Shown: positions 1 through 10,326, counted from the first letter of the stretch. The stretch: DNA of 32,000 nucleotides from Vibrio alginolyticus NBRC 15630 = ATCC 17749 (GCF_000354175.2 NC_022349.1:1380001-1412000), one strand, 5' to 3'. Program-made: numbers and translations. The notes: generated by a model from the sequence alone, not told the origin.

Positions 1-334
1 CATAATCGAATGCTTCACAGTGCTTGGCATCTACAACGTCAACGCCATTAATGCGTACACGCTCGTTGTAACGAATCAGGTGCGGAGAACTATAAACACC
101 GACTGAATAGCCAGCATCAAGTAAAATGGCTTCCATTAACGCACACGTTGAGCCTTTGCCATTGGTTCCGGCAACGGTGATTACGGTTGGAGCTGGTTTG
201 GTAAGATTGGCTTTGTTTGCTACCGCTTGGACACGGTCTAAGCCTAGATCAATTGCTGAGGAATGAATATTTGCTAAATAATCAAGCCACATCTCTAATG
301 AAGATGTGGCTTGAGGAATTGGGTTTTGGGTCAT
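1..334 (-). CDS. folC: Folylpolyglutamate synthase/dihydrofolate synthase FolC, N-terminal part (gene runs off the left edge)
   Basis: Minus-strand ORF with ATG at 334-332. My translation is MTQNPIPQATSSLEMWLDYLANIHSSAIDLGLDRV...TVAGTNGKGSTCALMEAILLDAGYSVGVYSSPHL. This aligns with the FolC N-terminus including the GTNGKGS P-loop. It lies directly downstream of accD as in E. coli. Confidence 0.85.
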   Translation of the reverse strand, partial: MTQNPIPQATSSLEMWLDYLANIHSSAIDLGLDRVQAVANKANLTKPAPTVITVAGTNGKGSTCALMEAILLDAGYSVGVYSSPHLIRYNERVRINGVDVVDAKHCEAFDY

Positions 335-380
335 CTAACTTTAACCATTAAATTCTTTGGTTTTTATGTTAGTTGATACT

Positions 381-1307
381 TTACCCTTTTTCGTCCGCTT
401 CTGGTACAGAATATGGCTCTTCATTTGGAGATTCGTTAACCGAAACCACCAAAGGAGACTTGTGGTTAGTCATCTTAGCGATAAGACCACCCACACGCTG
501 ACGCATTTCACGACGGTCAACGATCATATCAATAGCACCGTGATCAAGTAGGAACTCACTACGCTGGAAACCTTCAGGAAGATCTTCACGTACAGTTTGC
601 TCGATTACACGACGACCAGCAAAGCCAATGAGGGCCTTAGGTTCACCGATGTTGATATCACCTAACATAGCCAAACTTGCTGATACACCACCCATTGTAG
701 GGTCAGTTAGAACAGAAATAAACGGCAGACCTTTTTCTGATAAACGCTCAAGCGCAGCACTGGTTTTTGCCATTTGCATAAGAGACATTAAAGCCTCTTG
801 CATACGAGCACCACCACTTGCTGAGAAACAAACAAGCGCACAGTTATTTTCAATGGCTGCATCCACTGCTTTCACAAAGCGAGCACCAACGACTGAACCC
901 ATTGAACCACCCATAAAGGAGAATTCAAACGCACACGCCACAAGCGGCAGACCAAGCAATTCACCCTGCATCACAACTAGCGCATCTTTCTCACCGCTAT
1001 TTTTTTGTGCAGCAGAGATACGCTCTTTGTATCGCTTAGAATCTTTAAATTTCAGTTTATCCTGTGGCTCAAGTTCGGAACCTAATTCAACTCGATTACC
1101 TTCATCTAAAAATGTTTCCAAACGACGACGCGCTTTCATACGCATGTGATGGTTACACTTTGGACAAACTTCTAAGTTACGCTCTAGTTCAGCATGGTAT
1201 AAAACCTGTTCACAAGAGGTACATTTAGTCCACACACCTTCTGGGATAGAAGCTTTGCGTGAACTTACTAGATTGCTTTTCTCTAAAATCTTTTCAAGCC
1301 AACTCAT
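381..1307 (-). CDS. accD: Acetyl-CoA carboxylase carboxyltransferase beta subunit
   Basis: 308-aa ORF. N-terminal MSWLEKIL... with a CxxC...CxxC zinc finger (CTSCEQV...CPKCNHH) and the carboxyltransferase core ([16 protein letters not shown]). Synteny is accD-folC. Confidence 0.95.
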   Translation of the reverse strand: MSWLEKILEKSNLVSSRKASIPEGVWTKCTSCEQVLYHAELERNLEVCPKCNHHMRMKARRRLETFLDEGNRVELGSELEPQDKLKFKDSKRYKERISAAQKNSGEKDALVVMQGELLGLPLVACAFEFSFMGGSMGSVVGARFVKAVDAAIENNCALVCFSASGGARMQEALMSLMQMAKTSAALERLSEKGLPFISVLTDPTMGGVSASLAMLGDINIGEPKALIGFAGRRVIEQTVREDLPEGFQRSEFLLDHGAIDMIVDRREMRQRVGGLIAKMTNHKSPLVVSVNESPNEEPYSVPEADEKG

Positions 1308-1504
1308 GGAAGACCTTTTCTCTCAACTCTTCCGCTTCATTGCGAAAGATATAAATTCGACATAATACCGACGGATTAAACCATATCTTGCAGCTACTGT
1401 AGATAAAAAACTGGTTGTACCTATTTTTGATATCGTAAATAGCGTATGTTTTCCGTTCACATTCAATATAAACACTACCGATATTTTGAAATAAGTTTGT
1501 AAAA

Positions 1505-2299
1505 TTAGTTCAAATTATCTGGTAAAAACAGTGGACCGATCGGCACTTCAGGTAACCCAAACTCTTCTGGGTAGTCTACATCTACCAGGTACAGACCTTC
1601 CGCTTTCGCTGTCGCACCCGCTACTTTGCGATCTTTGGCGTCTAATAACCACTTGATCCATTCAGGACTCTCTTCGCCACGTCCAACTTTTATCAAGCTA
1701 CCCGTGATATTACGAACCATATGATGCACGAACGCATTGGCTTTAATATCAATAACCACATAGTTTCCATGGCGCGTAACGTTCAGATGCATCAAGTTTC
1801 GAAATGGACTGCGAGACTGACAATGCGCCGCGCGAAACGACGTAAAATCATTTTCGCCGAGTAGGAACTGCCCTGCTTCATGCATTTTTTTCTCGTCGAG
1901 CTCACCATGATAGTGACTAACCCCCGAGTTTAAGATGCCTGGACGTAAAGCATGATTGAAAATAATGTAACGATAACGGCGCGCTGTCGCTGAGAATCTT
2001 GCATGGAAATCATCTGAAACTTCTTGAGCCCAACGAACCGCTATATCGCTCGGCATGTTCGCGTTTGCGCCCATGGTCCAAGCTACCATTTTTCGAGTAA
2101 CGTTGGTATCAAAGTGCACAACTTGTCCCGTGCCATGCACGCCTGCGTCTGTCCGACCAGCACACTGAACTTCAACTGGGTGATTAGCGACGACGGACAA
2201 TGCTTTCTCTAGCTCTTCTTGGACACTTTTCACTTCTCTTTGGCGCTGCCAACCAAAGTAGTTTGTACCGTTGTACTCGATACCTAATGCGATTCTCAT
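1505..2299 (-). CDS. truA: tRNA pseudouridine(38-40) synthase
   Basis: 264-aa [23 protein letters not shown]...[10 protein letters not shown], carrying the catalytic Asp motif typical of TruA. Position next to accD matches E. coli. Confidence 0.95.
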   Translation of the reverse strand: MRIALGIEYNGTNYFGWQRQREVKSVQEELEKALSVVANHPVEVQCAGRTDAGVHGTGQVVHFDTNVTRKMVAWTMGANANMPSDIAVRWAQEVSDDFHARFSATARRYRYIIFNHALRPGILNSGVSHYHGELDEKKMHEAGQFLLGENDFTSFRAAHCQSRSPFRNLMHLNVTRHGNYVVIDIKANAFVHHMVRNITGSLIKVGRGEESPEWIKWLLDAKDRKVAGATAKAEGLYLVDVDYPEEFGLPEVPIGPLFLPDNLN

Positions 2300-2402
2300 C
2301 TTAACCTTCGAACTCTAAAATGGGGCGGGAAGTATATACTCAAGTCACCTCAAGTTGCCAGTTTCACCAAGGGTGACATAAAGGTAGCATCCTACTAACG
2401 GG

Positions 2403-2434
2403 ACACAAAAAGGGTAGCAAACGCTACCCTTTTG
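2403..2434 (-). terminator. Rho-independent terminator downstream of hubP (palindromic, usable in both directions)
   Basis: Stem aaaagggtagc (2408-2418), loop aaac, stem gctaccctttt (2423-2433). On the minus strand it is followed by a TTTTTGTGT tail. It starts 8 nt after the hubP stop codon. Confidence 0.7.
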
Positions 2435-2441
2435 TTTCGGT

Positions 2442-5400
2442 TTATCGGCCATTAATGGCGTCAATCAGGCTTTTTGCTTCGCGGCGAATATCATCCTCAC
2501 CGTAAACAATCGCCTCTTCTAGTAGTTTAATCGCCCCTTGAGAATCGTTCATCTCGAGATAGATTTTAGCCAAATCCAGTTTCCCAGCCGCTTCAGCATT
2601 GCTATCTACGTCAATATCGCCGATCTCACCGATAACATCTGGAAACTCGTTCAATCCGACATCGAGCTTAAGGTCTTCTTCTTCGAACTCACCACCTTCT
2701 CTGTCGACCTGAGCCATCAATTCATCAATCGTCATAAATTGATTTTTCTTCGGGTCGAAGTCATCCAAGTCGCTTTGCTCTGCCCAGTTTTCTTGCGCGA
2801 TCTCTGGCTGACTTAGTGCATCACTCGAATTCCAAACATCACGCTGGTCCTCAGGCACTTCTTCAGTAGAACTTACGTTATCAGCTGCGGGTTTAAAGCC
2901 ATCCCAATCATCTCCAACATCAAGCATGGTTTCAAAATCCATACCTGCACTTGCGATGGTGTCACTGTCTAGTTTACCTTCAAATACTTCTGAGTTTGCG
3001 TCTTCCGCAAGAAGGTTAGCCATTGATGATTCATCATCCAAATTACTGAGCGGCTCACCCTCTGTCGCTGTTGGCTGCACTTCTGGGTCAGTATCAAAGC
3101 CGTTTTGCTGCGCAAATACTTCAAACAAAGCATCATGATCGTTATCGGCTTGAATAGCTGGTCTCGATGTCTCTGCTTCAACCTTAGGGCTCCCTGAAGC
3201 ACCCTCGTTCATTGACGCGAGAACATCTTCCTCATTGAACTCTGGAAGATCTTGGTCGTCAAAACTTAACTCTTCATCCTCACCGGAGATTGGTTCTATA
3301 TCTGCAGTCTCAGAGCTCGGTAATTCTGGCTCTTCTTCCATCGACGCCAAGGCATCTTCTTCGCTGAACTCTGGCAAATCGAGCTCATCAAAATTGAACT
3401 CTTCTTCGGACTCAGTTGGCAAGTCGGCTTCAACTTGTTCTAGTTCAATGGACTCGGACGTTTCTAACTCCGGCTCATCCACCATAGACGCCAATGCGTC
3501 TTCTTCACTAAACTCAGGAAGATCCAGCTCATCAAAATTGAATTCATCTTCTGATTCAGCTGGCAAGTCGGCTTCAACTTGTTCTGGTTCAACGGACTCG
3601 GACGTTTCTAACGCAGGTTCGCCAGCCATAGATGCTAGAGCATCTTCTTCGCTGAATTCTGGAAGATCTAGCTCATCAAAATTGAATTCTTCTTCTGAAT
3701 CGTTGGTCGACTCAGTTTCCGGCTCCAATTCAGGCTCATCCAGTAGCCAATCTTCTTCTTGTGGAACACCGAATTCATTTTCTATTGTATTTGGTGTCGG
3801 CGTGAAGGCTGGAATGTCTTCCTCTTGCTCAACGTGAGGCTGTACCTCAGCATCGGACTCCACGGATGGTTCTTGTGTTGAATCAGTATCGGTAGCCTCT
3901 TGTTGTAGTGATGAAGCTTCCTCTATCTCCGTTTGTGTTTTTTCAACTTGCTGCGGTAAATCGTCTTCACTATCAAATAGAGCGTCAAGTTCAGCAGAAA
4001 AATCCGCTTTTTCTTGTTCTGTTGGCAGAAGTTCTTCACTGTCTGACTCAAATAGGTCGTCTAGCTCGCTCATTAAAGGATCATTCTCTGGTGAGAGGTC
4101 CTCTAAATCACCAAGAAATTCATCGCTGCTAAATGGCTCTGAGGCAGCCTCTGGCTCGGTTAATGGTTGATCTTCTACAGCTTGTTGCGTGTCTGGCTGG
4201 CTTTCACTTAATAAAGCGTCGATGTCCAACCCAGACTCAATGTCCTGATCTTCATGAGTTTGTTCTGACCCAACTACGGGAGATGGCTTTTCGTCGGCGT
4301 CTGGCTCACCAAAACCAAGTGATTTCAGTAACTCTTCCTCTTCCGATTTATTCTGCTCTGGGCTCTCGTCCTCTCGAATCAGATCATCAAACGGATCTAA
4401 ATCAGCTTCAGTCTCTTCATCAAGTTCAGAGGTAACATCATCAATGAGTTCGTCCAGTAAGTCTGTGCTATCTGCGTCTAACTCTTCGATCGAGTCATCA
4501 CCTTCAAAACCAGAGATTGCTTCTAGCTCGTTTAGTGGATCAAACTCGTCTGTGTCATCTTCATCAAAATCAATGAGTTCATCGAGTAGCTCTGTACTGT
4601 TTTCATCTAGAACAGGACCTTCATTGGCGTCAGCTTCTCGAACTTCCGATTCACTAGCCGGTTGTTCATACTGGGCCAATAGCTTATCGATATCGTCGTC
4701 AGATGCCTCTCCTACACTAAAGTCATCATCCGAAACGGGCTGTTTTAACTCAGGCTCATCAGTATCTAAATCGAAGTCATCGTTGCCAAGTTCAGCAAAC
4801 AAGTCATCAAGCATATCCTGGTCGACAGTGTCACTTGGTAACTCTTCTGACGGCTCATCGGCTGCAAGTAACTCGGCAAATGCGTCGTCTGAAAGCGAGT
4901 CTGATTTCTCATTCGCATCATCCGAAAGATCGAAGCCAGACTCATCGTCATCGAGCACTTCTAGTTCTGGAGCAACCTCATCTAAGGCTCGCTCCATTTC
5001 TTCTAAACCAAGCGCCTTTTCTTCGCCGTTGACTTGGATACCATTGTTCGATGACTCAAACTCATCCAGACCAACATCTAGGTCACCGTCATCGCCAATA
5101 TCTGCAAATGGGTCATCGTCCCCTTCCAGATTGAAATCAAGTTCTTCATCGTCGAGGTTAGCAAAGACGTCTTCTTCTAAATCTGACTTCTCTTCTTGTA
5201 AAGACTGTGCGTTGATATCTTCATCTGCAAACAATTCATCATCAAGCGTGAGCTCTTCATCCAGCTCATCCGCCGCCGCTAAACCGATTGGCGCCGCAAG
5301 AGGATCAACGTTTTGCTGTTCCTGCGCAGCCGCTTCTTCCTCTTTCGCTTTAGAGCGTCGGCCAAGAAGCATAACAACTAGCAACGCAATCAAAGCACCA

Positions 5401-6305
5401 GGAATTAATGCCGCAAGACCAACGAGCCAACCATTAGACAAAATTTTGTCCATGGTGCTTGGTTGCATGCGCTGTTGTTCAGCAAGGCGTTGGCGCTCTT
5501 CAGCAAGCAGCTTCTCGACTTCTGAGCGAATGCGTTCTTCGTCATTCAACTCGCTTTTCAAAGTTTCGACTTCGCTTTGCACTTCTGACAGCATCAATCG
5601 AAGACGATGGTTCTTCTCTTCTAATGACTCTAATTCACTTTGTGAGCCTTGAAGTTTGTCCTTCAGCGCACTGACCTGCTTTTCACCCTGCGGAGAGGTG
5701 GTTACTGGTGGCGCAGGGATGACGGGTATTGTTTTCGGAGTTGGTTTTGGCTCCTTTGCTGCCACTGTCTCTGGCTTAGTCGCAGGCTTGGGTTCTACTT
5801 TAATTTGTGGCTTTGGTTGCTCGGTGACTCGTTGTGCTGGCGTCGCTCTATTTGTCGGCTTCGGCTGTTTTAACTTAGCTTCATGCGCCTTCATAATCGC
5901 AACAGCTTGCGCTGTGGTCGCGCTTTGCACTTGCTCTAGAGAAGGTACTCGTAGCCGACTCCCTGGGATCAATTCATGAATGTTTTGGTTCTCAAACGCT
6001 TGAGGGTTAATTCGGTAAATGGCAAGAAGCGTTTGTTGAACGGTAACACCGCGTGAAGGTCGTAATTCTGAAGCGATCGACCATAGTGTTTGATTTTCAC
6101 CAGTCGGACCAAAGAAACGTGACGGTTGAGTATTCGCAGGAGGAGCAGGTAATGCTCGCTCAATATCTTCAGCATAGCTCGGAGATGATTGCACTTCACC
6201 AGACGGTCCAACAAGACGAATTCCTTCGGCTTGAACCACTGATGATGTCTGAGTCGCGCTCATCAACACAAGGGCTGCTAACAAACGCTTATAATTTTGA
6301 CGCAT
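2442..6305 (-). CDS. hubP: FimV-family polar landmark protein (HubP-like): LysM, one TM, giant acidic repeat region, FimV C-terminal motif
   Basis: 1287-aa ORF. It has an N-terminal signal-like segment, a LysM-like stretch (TLWSIASEL...LIPGSRLRVPS), a coiled coil and a single TM (WLVGLAALIPGALIALLVVMLLG). About 900 aa are extremely D/E-rich with repeats. The C-terminal motif is conserved (LDLAKIYLEMNDSQGAIKLLEEAIVYG). The position between asd and truA matches Vibrio hubP. Confidence 0.85.
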   Translation of the reverse strand: MRQNYKRLLAALVLMSATQTSSVVQAEGIRLVGPSGEVQSSPSYAEDIERALPAPPANTQPSRFFGPTGENQTLWSIASELRPSRGVTVQQTLLAIYRINPQAFENQNIHELIPGSRLRVPSLEQVQSATTAQAVAIMKAHEAKLKQPKPTNRATPAQRVTEQPKPQIKVEPKPATKPETVAAKEPKPTPKTIPVIPAPPVTTSPQGEKQVSALKDKLQGSQSELESLEEKNHRLRLMLSEVQSEVETLKSELNDEERIRSEVEKLLAEERQRLAEQQRMQPSTMDKILSNGWLVGLAALIPGALIALLVVMLLGRRSKAKEEEAAAQEQQNVDPLAAPIGLAAADELDEELTLDDELFADEDINAQSLQEEKSDLEEDVFANLDDEELDFNLEGDDDPFADIGDDGDLDVGLDEFESSNNGIQVNGEEKALGLEEMERALDEVAPELEVLDDDESGFDLSDDANEKSDSLSDDAFAELLAADEPSEELPSDTVDQDMLDDLFAELGNDDFDLDTDEPELKQPVSDDDFSVGEASDDDIDKLLAQYEQPASESEVREADANEGPVLDENSTELLDELIDFDEDDTDEFDPLNELEAISGFEGDDSIEELDADSTDLLDELIDDVTSELDEETEADLDPFDDLIREDESPEQNKSEEEELLKSLGFGEPDADEKPSPVVGSEQTHEDQDIESGLDIDALLSESQPDTQQAVEDQPLTEPEAASEPFSSDEFLGDLEDLSPENDPLMSELDDLFESDSEELLPTEQEKADFSAELDALFDSEDDLPQQVEKTQTEIEEASSLQQEATDTDSTQEPSVESDAEVQPHVEQEEDIPAFTPTPNTIENEFGVPQEEDWLLDEPELEPETESTNDSEEEFNFDELDLPEFSEEDALASMAGEPALETSESVEPEQVEADLPAESEDEFNFDELDLPEFSEEDALASMVDEPELETSESIELEQVEADLPTESEEEFNFDELDLPEFSEEDALASMEEEPELPSSETADIEPISGEDEELSFDDQDLPEFNEEDVLASMNEGASGSPKVEAETSRPAIQADNDHDALFEVFAQQNGFDTDPEVQPTATEGEPLSNLDDESSMANLLAEDANSEVFEGKLDSDTIASAGMDFETMLDVGDDWDGFKPAADNVSSTEEVPEDQRDVWNSSDALSQPEIAQENWAEQSDLDDFDPKKNQFMTIDELMAQVDREGGEFEEEDLKLDVGLNEFPDVIGEIGDIDVDSNAEAAGKLDLAKIYLEMNDSQGAIKLLEEAIVYGEDDIRREAKSLIDAINGR
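3210..3701 (-). repeat. In-frame tandem repeat array inside hubP (two full 144-bp units plus a 129-bp divergent unit and a partial unit)
   Basis: Unit boundaries (cat..gac/gat motif) fall at 3210, 3339, 3483 and 3627, giving spacings of 129, 144 and 144 bp. The encoded 48-aa unit is ...E(E/D)EFNFDELDLPEFSEEDALASM(x)EPELETSES(I/V)E(L/P)EQVEADLP(T/A)ES. Confidence 0.9.
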
Positions 6306-6454
6306 AGAAGGCTCAGTTTTGTGCTAAATACAATTTGAAATGGTGATCGGTTAAATATATCGGATATCGCATGCAAAACTATAGCGTTGAGAATAAAAAA
6401 TGTGTGGCTCTCGCCATATTCGTACTAATCTCACACTATTTTGTTTCGTTCGTA

Positions 6455-6481
6455 CAAAAAAGCCTCGCACTGTGCGAGGCT
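6455..6481 (-). terminator. Rho-independent terminator downstream of asd
   Basis: agcctcgca/ctg/tgcgaggct hairpin at 6461-6481, preceded on the plus strand by an A-run that gives the minus-strand U-tail (TTTTTTGT). It lies 22 nt after the asd stop codon. Confidence 0.8.
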
Positions 6482-6502
6482 TTGAAATGAACTGTAAGCG
6501 AC

Positions 6503-7516
6503 TTAGTAGTAATCGCGGATCAGAACTTCTGCGATTTGCACCGCGTTAGTTGCCGCGCCTTTACGCACGTTATCAGCAACAACCCACAGGTTTACGCCGC
6601 TATGATGGCTGATATCGTTACGGATACGGCCAACCATTACATGGTCTTTACCGCCCGCATCGCGAACTTGTGTAGGGAAGTCTTCACCGTGGAACACTTC
6701 GATACCGTCAGTTTGCTCAAGCAAGTTAACGACTTCTTGTGCATCGATAGGTGAACGAGTCTCAATGTGAAGTGCTTCTGCGTGACCGTAGAATACAGGA
6801 ACACGTACACACGTTGGATTGACTGTGATTGATGGATCGTTAAAGATCTTCTGTGTTTCCCACACCATTTTCATTTCTTCTTTGGTGTAGCCGTTTTCCA
6901 TCATTTGATCGATTTGTGGAATACAGTTAAACGCGATCTGTTGAGAGAATTGCTTCTTGTCTGCTGGCAGACCGTTTAGCAGCTTCGCCGTTTGACCTGC
7001 TAGCTCATCGATACCCGCTTTGCCTGCACCAGACACCGATTGGTAAGTTGATACGTTAATACGCTCAATGCCCACCGCATCGTGAATTGGTTTTAGTGCC
7101 ACCAGCATTTGGATGGTTGAACAGTTCGGGTTCGCGATGATGTTACGGTTACGAAACTCTGCAATCGCTTCTGGGTTTACTTCTGGCACAACAAGAGGAA
7201 TGTCGTACTCGTAACGGAAGTGTGATGTATTGTCGATAACAATCACGCCTTCATCAGCGGCAATTGGAGCCCACTTGGCTGATAGCTCACCACCAGCAGA
7301 AAACAGTGCGATATGCGCTTGAGACCAATCGAACTCTTCTACGTTTTGAACGCGTACCGTTTTACCATTGAAGCGATAAGTCTTGCCTTCGCTGCGCTCA
7401 CTCGCGAGTAGGAAGATTTCGCCTACTGGGAATTTGCGCTCTTGAAGCACATCCAAAATTGTTTCACCGACCGCACCGGTCGCACCTAAAATGGCAACAT
7501 TATATTGCTGGCTCAT
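6503..7516 (-). CDS. asd: Aspartate-semialdehyde dehydrogenase (short, Usg/Asd2-type)
   Basis: 337-aa ORF. Rossmann N-terminus ([10 protein letters not shown]), catalytic-Cys motif [11 protein letters not shown] and QSVSGAG. It sits downstream of pdxB, overlapping it by 4 nt (ATGA), in the position occupied by usg in E. coli. Confidence 0.9.
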   Translation of the reverse strand: MSQQYNVAILGATGAVGETILDVLQERKFPVGEIFLLASERSEGKTYRFNGKTVRVQNVEEFDWSQAHIALFSAGGELSAKWAPIAADEGVIVIDNTSHFRYEYDIPLVVPEVNPEAIAEFRNRNIIANPNCSTIQMLVALKPIHDAVGIERINVSTYQSVSGAGKAGIDELAGQTAKLLNGLPADKKQFSQQIAFNCIPQIDQMMENGYTKEEMKMVWETQKIFNDPSITVNPTCVRVPVFYGHAEALHIETRSPIDAQEVVNLLEQTDGIEVFHGEDFPTQVRDAGGKDHVMVGRIRNDISHHSGVNLWVVADNVRKGAATNAVQIAEVLIRDYY

Positions 7517-8646
7517 TGACTTACCTCAATCTGAAAACCTAGTTCTGCTAATGGAGCAAGGTTACATGTTTTGTTACCCACTAGCGTGACAGCGCTGTAT
7601 TCACGGCGATCCCAGTAGTTTTTACGCATCAGGTCAAAAGCGCCTGGCTTACTGATTTCACGGCGGAAAAGAGCGTCATCTCTACGCACATCATAGATTA
7701 ACTGCGTGATGTTATGCAGTGTTGCTTCGTCCCAAGCTCTGTCCAATACCATAGTAGGAACAGGCGCGGTTGGCAGTAAATCGCTGGCATGCGCACGTAA
7801 TTCGTTATTTAAGAACTCACAGTAGCTGTTGAAAATCATCGTTGTACCGCGAGCTTTCCCTTCCAAGCCGTAGCCTGCAACGTGAGGGGTTGCGAATGCT
7901 AGCAGAGGCAGAAGCTCCATATCAACCTCTGGTTCAAATTCAAATACGTCGAGTGCCGCTGTAAAGCCATCATTTTTCAAAAGACGTTGCTTCAAAGCAG
8001 CGTTGTCAACGATGGGACCTCGAGCCGCGTTAATCAAAATTTGATCGCTGCGGAGACCATTTAATACCTTCTCATCAATCAAATGATGCGTTGGGTATGG
8101 GCCATCTTTGGTGATTGGCGTATGTAGTGTAATGATGTCTGAGCTTTCAATCAGTTCTGTCAACGGAGTAAAGCTACGAGGATCACCAGACTCTTGTTTG
8201 AATGGGTCATTGATGAGAACTTTCATACCCATGCCTTTCAAACATTTCTCTAGGTAGCTACCTACTTGGCCTGCACCAATAATACCTACCGTCTTGTCAA
8301 ATACCGAGAAACCTTGTTGCTGAGCGAGCACCATCATCACGCTGAACGCGTATTCCGCCACACCCACTTTGTTACACCCTGGCGCCGCAGTGAAGAAAAT
8401 GCCTTTCTCTTTTAAGAGTGCTTGGTCAACATGATCCATGCCTGCCGTGGCCGTACCAACAAACTTCAGCTTGTTTGCTTTGCTGATCAGGTCAGCATTA
8501 ACTTTGGTGACTGAGCGAATCATTAGGGCATCAACATCCACTAAATCATCGGCGGTCAGTGTACGACCTGGTTTTAGAATTACGTTACCGAGTTGGCTGA
8601 ATAGCTCTTCAGCATACGGCATATTTTCATCAACAATAATTTTCAT
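7513..8646 (-). CDS. pdxB: Erythronate-4-phosphate dehydrogenase
   Basis: 377-aa [23 protein letters not shown]...RSVTKVN...[13 protein letters not shown], closely matching the PdxB N-terminus. It has an NAD-binding GIIGAGQVG motif. Confidence 0.95.
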   Translation of the reverse strand: MKIIVDENMPYAEELFSQLGNVILKPGRTLTADDLVDVDALMIRSVTKVNADLISKANKLKFVGTATAGMDHVDQALLKEKGIFFTAAPGCNKVGVAEYAFSVMMVLAQQQGFSVFDKTVGIIGAGQVGSYLEKCLKGMGMKVLINDPFKQESGDPRSFTPLTELIESSDIITLHTPITKDGPYPTHHLIDEKVLNGLRSDQILINAARGPIVDNAALKQRLLKNDGFTAALDVFEFEPEVDMELLPLLAFATPHVAGYGLEGKARGTTMIFNSYCEFLNNELRAHASDLLPTAPVPTMVLDRAWDEATLHNITQLIYDVRRDDALFRREISKPGAFDLMRKNYWDRREYSAVTLVGNKTCNLAPLAELGFQIEVSQ

Positions 8647-8816
8647 AGCGCCAGCGTTCTAACATCCATTTGTAAGAGTTCGTTTATTCGCAAGATGCGA
8701 AACTAAAGCGATTGTGCCCTTTTCCCGAAAAATCTCAAGATATAACACCAATAAACCTCAAGGAGGTAACTCCTATAGAATCGATTGACGGGAAGCCTAG
8801 AGAAAAGCAGAAACAG

Positions 8817-8848
8817 AGAAAAGAAAAAGCCCGGCTAAATAGCCGGGC
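8817..8848 (-). terminator. Rho-independent terminator ending the fabB / FarS-like transcript
   Basis: gcccggct (8829-8836) / aaat / agccgggc (8841-8848). On the minus strand it is followed by TTTTTCTTTTCTC. Confidence 0.85.
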
Positions 8849-8986
8849 AAAGTTCCAGAACAAAAGGATCCTATCCCGCTCTCCATGGGATAGAGTCTGC
8901 GTCTGTTCGATCAGTGTGACTGATCAAGCTCTGGAAACTGGATTGTTGGCGTTTACAGTACTCTCGCAAGGCGCCAACAAATTCAG
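8817..8986 (-). ncRNA. farS: Structured fabB 3'UTR, candidate FarS-type 3'UTR-derived sRNA (mature 5' end not determinable from sequence)
   Basis: About 170 nt lie between the fabB stop (8987) and a strong terminator. On the minus strand I see hairpins GTTGGCG...CGCCAAC, TGATCAGT-cac-ACTGATC and CTATCCC...GGGATAG, then a U-rich single-stranded stretch, then the terminator. In V. cholerae, FarS is described as being processed from the fabB 3'UTR. Confidence 0.5.
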
Positions 8987-10198
8987 TTAACCTTGGTACT
9001 TTTTAATAACCAAAGTTGCGTTTGTGCCGCCAAAGCCAAAGCTGTTTGACATTACGGTCGTTAGCTCTGCATCACGTGCTTCTGTCACGATGTCCAGACC
9101 TTGTGCTGCTTCGTCCAAGTTTGAAATATTGATGCTTGGAGCAATGAAGTTTTTGTCTAGCATAAGTGTTGAGTAAATCGCTTCGTGCACGCCCGCTGCG
9201 CCGAGTGCGTGGCCAGTCATTGCTTTTGTTGCAGAGATTGCAGGGCTGTTCTCACCAAACAATTGTTGGATAGCACCAAGCTCTTTCACGTCACCAACTG
9301 GTGTCGATGTGCCGTGCGTGTTGATGTAATCCACACCATCAACGTCTTGCATCGCCATCTTCATACAACGAATTGCGCCTTCACCTGATGGCGCTACCAT
9401 GTCGTAGCCATCTGATGTCGCACCGTAACCTACGATTTCACCGTAGATTTTCGCACCACGTGCCAGTGCGTGCTCTAGTTCTTCAATAACCAGCATGCCG
9501 CCGCCGCCCGAGATAACAAAACCGTCACGGTCTGCATCGTATGTACGAGATGCTTTGTCTGGCGTGTCATTGTATTTGGTTGACAGTGCGCCCATCGCAT
9601 CAAACATCATAGTTTGAGACCAATCTAGCTCTTCGCCGCCACCAGCAAAAACAATATCTTGTTTGCCTAGTTGAATAAGCTCCATAGCATGGCCGATACA
9701 GTGTGCAGATGTTGCACATGCAGAGCTCATTGAGTAGTTCACGCCACGAATCTTAAATGGCGTAGCAAGACAAGCAGAAACAGTAGAAGACATAGTACGA
9801 GGAACCATGTAAGGACCAACTCGCTTTACGCCTTTGGCGCGCATCGTGTCTGTCGCTACCGTTTGATTGTATGCAGAAGCACCGCCAGAACCTGCAACGA
9901 TACCGGTACGATCGTTTGAAACCTGCTCTTCTGTAAGACCAGCGTCTGCGATTGCCTGCTCCATTGATAGGTATGCATAAGCAGCCGCATCACCCATAAA
10001 GCGCATCTGCTTACGGTCGATGTGTTCCGCCGGGTTGATTTTTAGATCACCCCATACTTGCGAACGAAGACCGTGTTCTTTGAACTGCTCAGATGCAGTG
10101 ATGCCAGATTTGCCCGCTTTAAGAGACGCTAGAACTTCTTCGACGTTGTTACCGATACTTGAAACAATACCCATACCGGTGATTACGACTCGTTTCAT
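8987..10198 (-). CDS. fabB: 3-oxoacyl-ACP synthase I
   Basis: The ORF track begins at 10219, but [18 protein letters not shown] (ATG at 10198, AGGA 8 nt upstream) matches the FabB N-terminus and gives 403 aa. Active-site motifs are [16 protein letters not shown] and GHALGAAG. It is divergent from mnmC as in E. coli. Confidence 0.9.
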   Translation of the reverse strand: MKRVVITGMGIVSSIGNNVEEVLASLKAGKSGITASEQFKEHGLRSQVWGDLKINPAEHIDRKQMRFMGDAAAYAYLSMEQAIADAGLTEEQVSNDRTGIVAGSGGASAYNQTVATDTMRAKGVKRVGPYMVPRTMSSTVSACLATPFKIRGVNYSMSSACATSAHCIGHAMELIQLGKQDIVFAGGGEELDWSQTMMFDAMGALSTKYNDTPDKASRTYDADRDGFVISGGGGMLVIEELEHALARGAKIYGEIVGYGATSDGYDMVAPSGEGAIRCMKMAMQDVDGVDYINTHGTSTPVGDVKELGAIQQLFGENSPAISATKAMTGHALGAAGVHEAIYSTLMLDKNFIAPSINISNLDEAAQGLDIVTEARDAELTTVMSNSFGFGGTNATLVIKKYQG

Positions 10199-10326
10199 TA
10201 TGACATTCCTATAATTCAAAAATCCGCTAGATGATAACTAAGATAGTCAACAAAAGTGGTCAGCTTTCCCATAAATTCGTACAATCGCCCCATTCTTACC
10301 GCGCCAAATCACAAATTTGCACCATT

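Noticed and set aside
628-1149. 173-aa plus-strand ORF
   Set aside because: It lies entirely antisense within the well-supported accD gene and is low-complexity with no family resemblance. It is a typical shadow ORF.
4444-5652. 402-aa Ser-rich ORF on the plus strand. The 200-aa ORF at 3235-3837 and several other plus-strand ORFs between 2538 and 6307 are similar.
   Set aside because: They are antisense to hubP. Reverse-complementing GAN/GAA-rich acidic codons gives TCN/TTC codons and removes stop codons. That explains the long low-complexity Ser/Phe ORFs. I see no start context or independent signal.
8712-8990. 92-aa plus-strand ORF spanning the pdxB-fabB intergenic region
   Set aside because: It runs through the minus-strand terminator and hairpins of the fabB 3'UTR and has a non-ATG start and no SD. 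The region is better explained as UTR or sRNA plus the pdxB promoter.
10199-10326. Possible FadR box (AAGCTGACCACTTTTGT on the fabB strand) next to a TTGACT -35-like hexamer in the fabB-mnmC divergent region
   Set aside because: It matches the FadR consensus at only about 10/16 positions, and I could not pair it with a convincing -10. It is plausible, given that FadR activates fabB in E. coli and FarS in V. cholerae, but too weak to call from sequence alone.
10199-10326. N-terminal extensions in the ORF track for fabB (to 10219), mnmC (from 10231), mlaA (to 31588) and the UPF0126 gene (from 14217)
   Set aside because: Comparison with the known N-termini of these families, and the lipoprotein signal peptide for MlaA, supports the internal ATG starts. 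The extensions carry no homology.
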